The position numbers were made by a program, and so were the translations under genes. Shown here in pieces: positions 25,301 to 34,943 of a stretch of 64,000 bases of DNA. How positions within the stretch are numbered: the first letter of the stretch is position 1; the number at the start of each line of letters is the position of its first letter. Location of the stretch: NCBI RefSeq assembly GCF_037042905.1, contig NC_087256.1:11408001-11472000 (forward strand), given 5' to 3'. Source of the stretch: Lytechinus pictus. Lineage: Eukaryota. A model generated the notes under the pieces. That model worked only from the letters and a program-made list of their open reading frames with translations. It was not told the DNA's origin and did no database searches.

Positions 25301-28300
25301 ACATATGCATACACATAAATTAGAGAGAGAGAAACAGAAAGAGAGGGGAGACAGAGAAGGTGGAAGAGGTAGAAAGGAAAGAGTCATGATAAAAACCATT
25401 CACAATAAAAGAAAAGAGGATGAGAATTTAACATCATATAGATAATACATTGTAACTCAGTATGAATTCATTTTAGTAAAGTACAGTCTTTTTAAAGAGA
25501 GTTTGAATTTGGAAAGTGTTGAACTTTGTTGAGTAGAGTGGTCAAGGCTATTCCACAATTTGATATATTGCACACGGAATGAATTTAAGACCATGGAAGA
25601 GGAGACCTTGGGTTGATAAAATAATTTACATTGACGCGTGTTATAATCATATACTGTTGAGTTAAGAGTAAACATATTATCAAATATCTTTGGCAAAATT
25701 CCAGATTTGTATTTATACATGAAAATAAGGGAATCCATAGAAATGAGATCAGATAAAGGTAAAATATTCATTTTGATAAACAATGGCATACTTGGACAGT
25801 TATATGGAGATGATGAAATAAGTCTTATTGATTTTTTCTGGAGTATTGATAATTTAGATAGATGACTTTTGAAAGTATGTCCCCAAACTGAGTTGCAGTA
25901 TGTTAAGTGAGGCAAGATTAGGCTATAATACAAAGTAATAAGTATGTTTTTAGGCAATATGAATTTTAGCTTTGAAATGATTCCTATAGACCTCGAAACT
26001 TTATTACACACATTGTTAATATGTGGTTTCCAAGAGAGGTATTCATTAACTGTAATACCTAAAAATTGAATATTTTCAACACGTGATATATCATGACCAC
26101 CAATAGTAAGATTTGAGAGGTTGCTTGGAACCCTCCTGTTCCTTGTTCTGAAAATAATAAATTTAGTTTTATCAAAATTCAAAGAAAGTTTATTACAACA
26201 GAATCAATCATACAATTTGTTAACTTCTTTATTAGTAATAGATATTAAATCATAAATATTCTTGTGAGAATTCATAATACAAGTGTCATCAGCAAATAAT
26301 GAATAATGGAATAATTTTGAAGAATTTGTAATATCATTTATGTATACGAGGAACAGGAGGGGCCCGAGAATAGATCCTTGCGGAATTCCATATTTAATAA
26401 GTTTACGCTGTGATTGGACACCATTGACCATGACAAACTGATATCTGTTATGCAAATAATGTTTGAACTATTCTAACGCTAACCCTGTAACTTTGTAAAG
26501 TAGTTTTGTATCATTTCTGTTTACTATCAAAATAGTTCAAGACAAATATATTGGGTAGAATAATTCTCACTGCATAGAATCACCAAATACAAAAGTTAAT
26601 ACATAAAGTATTTCTAAATTGAACACAAATGTAACAGTTCATGGTCTCATTGTTTCTTCCAGATCCTATTTCTCTGATGTATTTTTCATTCTTGTCTTTC
26701 TCTGTATTACCCTCCCTATGTTGTTAGATATCACTGAAATGTTAAAGTTGTGTGCAGTCAGATTATAATGTAGTTTTATGCAATCATTCATCTGTATCTT
26801 CACAGGTTTGCCTCTTGGCTGCTTCACCTATATTTAGTGAATTGTTCCTCGATGATGAAAAAGAAATAGAATTGTCCAAACAGTCCTCATCATCTGTAAA
26901 CAACTCAAGTAATGAGAACCAGTCACAAGCCAAAGATATCCTTCAACCACACCACCACAACGTTCCCCATCAAAGTCCTCGGTCAGAGTCCCCGATGTGC
27001 TGTCACAGTCCCACACCAGACAGGTCCCAGTCACCCGAATGTAACCATGAGAACATTTGCCCCTCACCTCCCCTGGGGTTGCACCCTAACTTTAATACCC
27101 TCCTAGCAGAGGACCAGTGTTTGAGCATCTCACCCAATGGGAACACGTGCCTGTTTTCCGGCTCCGCTCAGCACAAAAACTGCAGCAAGGCCAAGCCTGC
27201 GATGAGCTCATCGCCATCGCACCATCAACAGACCTCAACACCAACCAGGTTTCGCTCATCCTCCCCATCCATTAGGTCCTCACCGCTGCAGCAGATCAAC
27301 ACGCCCACAGTGCCTGCCAACCTCCAATGCCTTCCGACAAAGACTCTGAATCACCAGGCCTTTGACTCCATCCATTTACAGCAGGTCACCGACAACCTGG
27401 GTGGTCGAACCATCCAGCGGCACATTGTTGTCCTTAACCCCAAGATCACAGCGGAAGCATTCAGGGCAGTTCTGGAGTTCCTATACACAGGTTCATTGGA
27501 CATCAAGGTGTACAGTAGCCTTAGCGATATCATCACTGCTGCATCTTTGTTGGACCTATCGGACCTGGTTGCCTTTGTGGCCAATGTAAAGAATCAGGAA
27601 GTGTTTCTCAATGCAGATCTAGTAGACAACTTTCTGCATAAAAGAAAGGAGCGGTTTGCCAAGCTCTTTGCCAACCAAGGCCTTCTGTCAGGTGAGTCAG
27701 TATTGTAGTTGCAGAACTTAAATTTCCTTTTGTAGATTTATTCATTGAAGTAAATGATTTGCAAAACTCATTCATGAGAAGCAGTGGCAAGTCTAAGGAA
27801 AATTGATGTAGATGATATGAAGAAGGAGAAGTGCTTGTTTAGCAGAAGCATATTTTTTTAACCATTCATCAAAGCAGCGGAAAGGATTTCATAAAAAATC
27901 ATCGCAATAAACAAAAATTAGAAATGTTCCCATTACTAATTTTCTTGAGGTTTAAAGTCTTTCAGATTGAACTAAAAGTTTAATCTTAATCTATTGAAGC
28001 ATTGATTTTGCAATAAATCGACTCCAACAAGTAACTTGTACATTTAACGATGTACTCCGGAGATGTTTAGCAGTTCTCATGTCGTAATTTCATCTACCTT
28101 TGCAGATTTAGTGATTAATGTTGAAGATGGTCAAGTGAAGAGTCACAAGTGTCTGGTCATGGTGAGATGTGATCCGATGTTAGCTATGCTCAGTGGCAAC
28201 TTTAAGGAAAGCTCATCAGAGGTATTTATATCTGTAATATGAGATTACTCATAAATGTTTGTTGTTTGTTGGTGGGTGTTTCATAAAGCTGTTCATAAGT

Positions 28301-31300
28301 TACAAGCAACTTTACGAATGACTGGTGATCCCTTCTCAGGTGCTATATTAACATCAATGAAAATTTGGTGTATATCATGTAACACGAAATTGGATCACAA
28401 GTCACTTGACACTTGTAAAGTCACTCGTAACTTACGAACATCTTTATACTGAAGATTTCAGGATGCACATGTATACACCTTCCTTTTTTTTAAATTTGTA
28501 AGTAGACACTCATATGTAAGAAACTCATATGCATGTAATTGCTTTTTGTCTCACCTGCATAGCAGAGTGAGACTATAGGCGCCGCTTTTCCGACGGCGGC
28601 GGCGTCAACACCAAATCTAATCTTAACCAAAGGTTAAGTTTTTGAAATGACAGCATAACTTAGAAAATATATGGACCTAGTTCATGAAACTTGGCCATAA
28701 GGTTAATCAAGTATTACTGAACATCCTGCCTGAGTTTCAGGTCACATGACCAAGTTCAAAGGTCATTTAGGGTCAATGAACTTTGACCAAATTGGGGGTA
28801 TTTGTTGAATTACCATCATAACTTTGAAAGTTTATGGATCTGATTCATGAAACTTGGACATAAGAGTAATCAAGTATCACTAAACATCCTGTGCAAGTTT
28901 CAGGTCACATGATTAAGGTCAAAGGTCATTTAGGGTCAATGAACTTTGGCCAAATTGGGGGTATTTGTTGAATTACCATCACAACTTCGAAAGTTTATGG
29001 ATCTGATTCATGAAACTTGGACATAAGAGTAATCAAGTATCACTGAATATCCTGTGTGAGTTTCAGGTCACATGATCAAGGTCAAAGGTCATGTAAGGTC
29101 AATGAACTTTCGCCAAGTTGGGGGTATTTGTTGAATTACCATCATAACTTTGAAAGTTTATTGGTCTAGTTCATAAAACTTGGACATAAGAGTAATCAAG
29201 ATCCCGTCAAAGTTTCAGGTCACATGACCAATGTCAAAGGTCATTTAAGTTCATTGAACTTTGGCCATTTTAGAGGTAATCATTAGATTGCTGTCATAAC
29301 TTTCAAAGTTTATAGATCTAGTGTATAAAATGTGGATATAGGGGTAATCAAGTATCACCGACAAGTTTTAGGTCACATGATCAAGGTCAAATGTCAATGA
29401 ACGTAGTATTGTATCATTATATGAATGGTGTTTTTTGTGAATAATTATTTTATAGTAGTTTTCAAAGTCAGCACTGCTACTATATTGAATCGCGTGATGC
29501 AGGTGAGACCGCCAGAGGCATTCGACTTGTTTTATTCTAAGGTGTACACCAAACTAAGTTGATAGTTTTTTTATAGACATTTTATAGTCATACACCTTTA
29601 TGTAATCTTGAACTGACAGAAAATAGTTGAAATAAATTCTAGCCATGTACCGTACCTATTACATGAACCATTTATTTGATGTAAGGTATCGTTTATGAGG
29701 GTTTATTTGCTCTGATGCAGGTATCTATGAAAACCTTCAAGAAGTCGACCTTTGAGTTGTTCTTGGAGTACCTGTACACTGACCAGTGCCACATAGAGAC
29801 CAACTCCGATGCTCTAGCTCTCTTAGAGCTAGCCAACTTCCTGTGCTTGCCCCACCTGGTTGCCCTGTGTGAGAAGAGTGTTGTCCATGAGCTCCAGTCC
29901 AGCATGGAGACACAAGAAGTCCTTGATGAAGCCGTTGTCAGTGTCCTCCAGTTAGCCAAGGTTTGTATATTCTTTAGCTTTCCCAGGATAGGGCCCGTGT
30001 CCTCTAGAACATTTACCTATATGGTGATAGGCTTTCCCCGCATTACAGCAGTCATAGAAGGCTACAATCTAAGGTTGATACACTATATGTCATTGAATGA
30101 ATCATCTTTTTTATGAGCTTTATATTTTAGTGTACATTTTCAAACTAAACAAATACTTCAACATGACATATTCCGTTGTAGTTGGTGGACCATCTATGTT
30201 TTAGTATGAAAATGAATATAGTTTAGATACATTTGAAGTCTGTATGCAATACTGGTTTAAATTTCTTATGTAGAAGTACTTTTAGGGACAAGGAAAAGTG
30301 TTTGAATTAGTCTTGTATTCAAGGTCAGTGATTACCCACTATGATGCCAATGTTTAGATGTTTATGAGAAATTCAGCTCTTACAAATGGCTGCTTTCTGA
30401 TTCGTTTCTGTATGATCCGACTGCGCAGTGCAAAAATTTAATCATGTGGGCATTTTCACCACAGATGTACACAGAGGCAAAAAAATCAAGTAGATATTCA
30501 TGTCAAATGCTTTATGTTTTTTAATAAAACAAGACCTGAAGTTTCTGAGACAAATTTTTTTCCGACTCTGGCAGCCATTTTTTATTTCAAAATGGCTGCC
30601 AAAGTATGGATACAAATTAGTGTTGAAAATAGTATATTGATACATATTTTGTTTTGACAGATTTTTAAAGAACAGGTTTGATCATGATGTTTTCGCCTGT
30701 GATTTAGCTTGCTATTATAACACTTTTTAAAATCCCACAGAAAGGAACACCAGTAATTCATTCATCTGATAAAAAAACATTGATGAAGTATGTGATATGG
30801 TATGTAATGTCAGTTACCGAAAACATGAACTTTTTTTTCTCATTTCCTGGAAAAGAGGATATATTATATGAAACTTGGTAGATTTCCTCTCTAGGTAACA
30901 CCCCTCCCTTCTACACCAAAATTAAAGATTACCAATTAACAATGAAGCCATAGGGTACCATTAAATATATGTAATGTCAGTTACCAAGTGGAAAATGTAA
31001 TGTCAGTTACCGAGATGTAATGTCAGTTACCATGATAAAACGTTGGTTACCAATGTTGAAATGCAAATATGTGGTAAATTTTATGGTGAAGAAATATTGT
31101 ATACTTGTTATTTAAGTCTTTCACTTTAAAAGTCACACCAGAAGGAGCTTGCTATTGACTTTTAAAAGGTATAGTTCACAAGGAATACTATATGAAATTA
31201 TGAAGGAAGTTGCATTCCCATCGTGCAAAAAAAATTACTGTGAAATTGTTTTGTACATGCACTTACCAAGTACCTAATTGTTTGTATCAGACAATTTTTT

Positions 31301-33525
31301 GTTTGGTTTTCGGGGGGGGGGGGGGTAGGGGGTACTTTTCCCAACCTATTGCCTAAATCTGCAACATTTTTTAAGCTTAACATTGTGATGAAGGGGATTT
31401 CCAGGGTCCCTTTTTTAGTTTCTAGGATTCTTTTGAGCATTGCCTCGCTAAAAGTAAATTCCTGGTTTTTATACCTGTTAGTAGTGTGGATGTGTGATAC
31501 AATTTTGTTTTTGGTTTACAAGTATAGATGAAAAGTGAAATTTGACAGTTCTGATCAATGTTGCATGGATCTACTAAAACTGTGGTTTTTTTTTTCAATT
31601 TTACAAATAGTTCAGTTTCAGTTTAGAAGCTGGAGTTTATTTTTTGTTGACAGCTTATAAAACAAATTAGCAAAGAAAATGATTAAACAAATTATGAAGA
31701 GAATTGAAATTGCTTGCACTGACCAGAATAGAAATCAATAAAACTACATGGCTGCATGAGATTCGGGGGAGGGGTACATGTAGCCTAGGGGAGGAGACCC
31801 TTATTCATTTTGCCTTTTTTGAGGGGAGGGGGAGGTTGGAGAAGGAAAAGGTTTAAAAAGTCAATATAAAACTGATGAATATATTATGGGTGTATAATCA
31901 GAAAAATCCATGTGTACAGTCAATGCAATATTAAATTACTATAGGAAAACATGTAGCTGCTATGACCCCCCCCCCCCCCCCCCCCCCCCCCCCGGAGTAA
32001 GTAAAACATACATTTCTTATCTTTGGATAATTAAAAATGTGAAGTATTATGAAACTTTTATGATTTTAAAAAGCCTTACATATAAGTACCAAGAAAATTA
32101 TGCCTTTGAAAATCATAAAGCACTAGTAAATGTTAATGTGTATATTGTCAGTTACCGACTAGTAATGATAAAAATGTTCAAATCAAAGAAAGGAATTAAG
32201 AAAAAGAAAAAGTTTTTTCATTGGATTGTTCCTAAAAACTTGGGTATACTTCCCCATCAAGCTCACTTTCATGTGAAGCCCTGCACAGAAGATACAATGC
32301 AATGATTCCACACATTTGACTTCCATGTGTTATCTCTATGGCAAATTAAGTGTAATGTCAGTTACCGTAATGTCAGTTACCAGCATGGTTGTGGAAAAAT
32401 TATCATAGTCCCCAAAAGACAAAAACGAATTGTTTAATATTTTGACACATCTTAACCTAGTAACTGAGGTATATTTACATATTCAAATTATTACTCTATC
32501 TACTCAGGGACATGAGATATTTCAATTTTAATGAACACCCTGAAATTGCATGTCCTTTTGCGTAATGTCAGTTACCGACACATTTTTGCTTGCTGATGCG
32601 TAAAAAAATGTGGTTACATAGGAAAACTTAGTATCAGAGTATACAGCAAGGTTCACTTTATTAACTCTATCAAAAGCAAACTCCCATCATTTGTTGTTTT
32701 AGAGATACACACAATGAAAGGTGTGAAAACATTGTGCTGTGTAATGTCAGTTACCGTGAAAATGCCCATGTTCTCTTTTTATTTCTCGGGCGAAAAAACA
32801 TTACATGTCTCGCAAGCTAGCGCTAGGCCTCAATACAGACAGCACCATCTATCATGTTGAGCCTACAGTCAGTGTAACAATGGCTGACTTTGCAAAGCTG
32901 CGATACCTGCTGCGATGATCCAATCGTAAAACTTAGTTTCATCGAGTCATTCTCTTTCTTTCGTGGTATGCTCGATGTATACCTCAATCATTTTAGCAGG
33001 TAAGAGTTTTGGTCATCAATCTATGTCATTTCCATAAAAATACCACTTATAATTTGCACTGACACTGCAGTGAATACTGTCTGTACGCCCACTACAATAG
33101 ATAACGTGTAGCTACCACCGTTGGGGAGGCAGCTGCGTGTATTAATATTGGGTCTCCCATATCCGGATAAATCCCTTATCCGGATTGGTGCTGGTCCCAA
33201 CGTGTCCGGATAAGAGAGGTCGGACTGTATTTATTATTGTCCAACAACACTAATGGTTGGTAATTTTTTTTTTTTTCAGCTTCACAATGCTCACCAGCTC
33301 CATAGCTGGTGCATCCATTACATGACCATACGCTACATCGACGTCCAGAAGGGCCGACCAAAACTGTTCAAGGAGCTTGCTCCAGAGTATCGCAAGCAGA
33401 TAGAGCGCCAGCGGTGGCCACCCGCCTACTATCTAGACGAAGCAGCTTACTTTGAAAAATGTCTGGCTGAGCTGAAGAAAGGCAATGACATTCGGACCAA
33501 GAAACACAAGTGGTGTCTGAGATGA
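16144..33525 (+). CDS. RhoBTB: Rho-related BTB domain-containing protein (RhoBTB1/2-like atypical Rho GTPase); spliced CDS join(16144..16323,18722..18825,22704..22886,24315..24522,24886..25053,26806..27691,28106..28221,29721..29960,33280..33525), 776 aa
   Basis: Exons were assembled by hand. All introns are GT..AG, phases are consistent, and the total is 2331 nt (777 codons including TGA). The translation shows RhoBTB signatures: [83 protein letters not shown] (BTB1), [12 protein letters not shown], second BTB (MLSGNFKES / LEYLYTD / [15 protein letters not shown]), and C-terminal HNAHQL..WC...RWPP.YYL. Confidence 0.95.
16399..16620. mobile_element. Short MITE in RhoBTB intron 1
   Basis: TIR GACCCCGTT(A/T)ACAGTG with internal TTTACAGTG repeats. 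No clean TSD. Confidence 0.7.
17290..18601. repeat. About 1.3-kb polypyrimidine (CCT)n/CTCCACCTCC low-complexity tract
   Basis: Almost only C/T with periodic A. Source of the spurious P/S/L and G/E/R ORFs in all frames. Confidence 0.95.
18722..18825 (+). CDS. RhoBTB: RhoBTB coding exon 2 (G3 motif)
   Basis: gacag|GTT..., encodes [34 protein letters not shown](R), donor AG|GTAGG. Too short to appear in the ORF track. Confidence 0.93.
22704..22886 (+). CDS. RhoBTB: RhoBTB coding exon 3
   Basis: ctctttcag|G GCA GAC..., encodes [12 protein letters not shown]...[21 protein letters not shown], donor AG|GTAAGA. Confidence 0.93.
24315..24522 (+). CDS. RhoBTB: RhoBTB coding exon 4
   Basis: ttttcag|C CAC..., encodes [21 protein letters not shown]...YYETSS...[23 protein letters not shown], donor AAG|GTATGA. 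Confidence 0.92.
24886..25053 (+). CDS. RhoBTB: RhoBTB coding exon 5 (Pro-rich linker, start of BTB1)
   Basis: Long pyrimidine tract then ttcag|GTC, encodes [25 protein letters not shown]...[18 protein letters not shown], donor AAG|GTATGC. Confidence 0.93.
25074..26500 (-). mobile_element. 5'-truncated LINE (L2/CR1 group), RT C-terminal half and 3' UTR, antisense in RhoBTB intron 5
   Basis: ORFs 26204-26455 ([25 protein letters not shown]) and 25457-26182 ([29 protein letters not shown]) are separated by a frameshift. The 3' end reads AATAAATTGAAATTGAAA on the minus strand. Confidence 0.9.
26806..27691 (+). CDS. RhoBTB: RhoBTB coding exon 6 (BTB1 with long low-complexity insertion)
   Basis: cacag|GTT TGC..., [14 protein letters not shown]..(insert)..[24 protein letters not shown], donor G|GTGAGT. 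Lies inside ORF 26752-27708. Confidence 0.93.
28106..28221 (+). CDS. RhoBTB: RhoBTB coding exon 7 (start of BTB2)
   Basis: ttgcag|AT TTA..., encodes (D)[38 protein letters not shown], donor GAG|GTATTT. Confidence 0.9.
28543..29531 (+). mobile_element. Non-autonomous element with internal 163-bp tandem array (HINE/Helentron-associated type)
   Basis: Subterminal IR GTCTCACCTGCAT (28548-28560) / ATGCAGGTGAGAC (29497-29509), (GGC)n microsatellite near the 5' end, about 4.5 units with starts at 28681, 28844, 29007 and 29170, and T-rich flanks. Confidence 0.8.
29721..29960 (+). CDS. RhoBTB: RhoBTB coding exon 8 (BTB2)
   Basis: atgcag|GTA TCT..., [21 protein letters not shown]...[15 protein letters not shown]...VLQLAK, donor AAG|GTTTGT. 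Confidence 0.9.
30448..32767. mobile_element. 2.3-kb non-autonomous DNA transposon, Sola2-like (GGG termini, 4-bp TSD)
   Basis: ATGT|GGGCATTTTCAC ... GTGAAAATGCCC|ATGT, with eight exact internal copies of GTAATGTCAGTTACC. The superfamily is inferred from termini and TSD. Confidence 0.75.
33160..33227. mobile_element. Solo right TIR of a Tc1/mariner (pogo-like) element
   Basis: ...TCCGGATAAGAGAGGTCGGACTG|TA with repeated TCCGGATAA. Confidence 0.55.
33280..33525 (+). CDS. RhoBTB: RhoBTB last coding exon (C-terminal conserved domain)
   Basis: poly-T cag|CTT CAC AAT..., [15 protein letters not shown]...QRWPPAYYL...[11 protein letters not shown]. Confidence 0.93.
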   Translation, partial: LHNAHQLHSWCIHYMTIRYIDVQKGRPKLFKELAPEYRKQIERQRWPPAYYLDEAAYFEKCLAELKKGNDIRTKKHKWCLR

Positions 33526-34547
33526 TTTCATCCAGGTTCTAGGTGACTCCTTTCCCCCTACCAAAGACTGTTGCAGGTCTTATCCCTCTGTGCCCTGATA
33601 TTGTTTTGCTGCTGTTTTCACATTAAAGCTCTTGATGTTGTCTAGGGTGGATGAAGTGCGGGGCTGAATGTAACTCATATGTGATGGTTGATTGTGGCAA
33701 GGTATTTATTAATTGTCTGTCGCTCTTCACGCAGGAGTAGGAAGTGTTTAGCTGGTAGGAAGGTACCCCTGGGAGCCTTATCATGGCTACTCAGTAAAGC
33801 AGGGGCCTGTAACACAAAGCTTAGTAATTGGTCTTTGGACTGATCAATCATATAAGCAGCCCCACAATCAATTTGCTATGCTGTATGTTACTGAGCCAAG
33901 GGGTAATAATGATTTCACAGTACCATTCGACTTATATTCTAATGCTAGAGAAGAATTTAGGTAGTTTTATTGAAACAAAAATAGATCCTATGGATTTAAA
34001 AGCCTCAAATTATTGTCAAGCACTACTACCAATCAAACAGTAATTTTTGTGTTGTCTAGATATTTTTGATAGAAACCAGGATACTGTTTCACAAAGGTTG
34101 TACCATTTATTTAATTACTATGGTAACAGATCTAACCAGCCAACCACAATGATAGTTCATATATTGGCAAAGTTTCCATTATTGTAAGTCATTGTGAAAA
34201 AAGGCCACAGATAATCATCTGACCATACTAGTATTTATTATTCCAATTATTATGCTTTAGTTTGAGAAGTCCAATATGAATGGACTTACAAGGGTATGGA
34301 ATGAAGTCTATGAGTCAGTGCTTATAGTGCAGAAACTCAGATTGGGCAAAATGTCACCTTCGTTTTCCATATTATTTGCAAAATATTGGTTGTTATGAAA
34401 GATGTTTAGACTAAACCGAAATGAGTAAAGGAAGAAATTTGATTTCTTGTGAATCTTGTCCCAGACATTGAACAAAAACTTATTCAATTCCCATTATTTT
34501 AAATCATTTGTTTATTTTTCATTGAACTTTATTAAGATTTAATCTTA

Positions 34548-34943
34548 AGCCCGGCACACAATATGTGATTCGTTGCAATCCAAATTTAAAGAAATTGTAA
34601 TAACATTTGATATAAACATGTCAACCAGTAAAATCTTATCAATCAGATTTCAGAATAGTGGTAGGACTACTGAAATCGAAATTCAGTCTGGGTCGAGCCT
34701 CCCTATAGAAATAAAAGCAAATTCAAATTGTCATCATCATTATTGGCTGTGACCTGAAGCCGATTTGGACTTTACTCCAACCACAGGGCTTGCCACAAAG
34801 CAAAACAATTATTTTCTTATTCCTGACATTATGCAGAACTTCAAATTAAATGATTTTGACTTCTTGAAACTTTCATATTTAATGCAAACTGCAATTTATT
34901 CCAAAATTCGTGTTGCATCGGATCGCATAGTGTGCGCTGGGCT
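34548..34943. mobile_element. PIF/Harbinger-like MITE downstream of the RhoBTB stop codon
   Basis: TTA|AGCCCGGCACACAATATG ... CATAGTGTGCGCTGGGCT|TTA. Confidence 0.75.

Noticed and set aside
28660-29400. Regular repeats resembling a CRISPR array
   Set aside because: Contiguous 163-bp tandem units with no unique spacers, in a eukaryotic intron with no cas genes.
30804-32755. Short identical repeats separated by unique sequence (CRISPR-like)
   Set aside because: Spacing is highly irregular (0 to more than 1000 bp) and all copies lie inside a TIR/TSD-bounded transposon.
33523-33546. Possible stop-codon readthrough or selenocysteine at the RhoBTB TGA
   Set aside because: The context TGA-TTT is not a known readthrough motif, the extension would be only about 7 codons, and I saw no SECIS.
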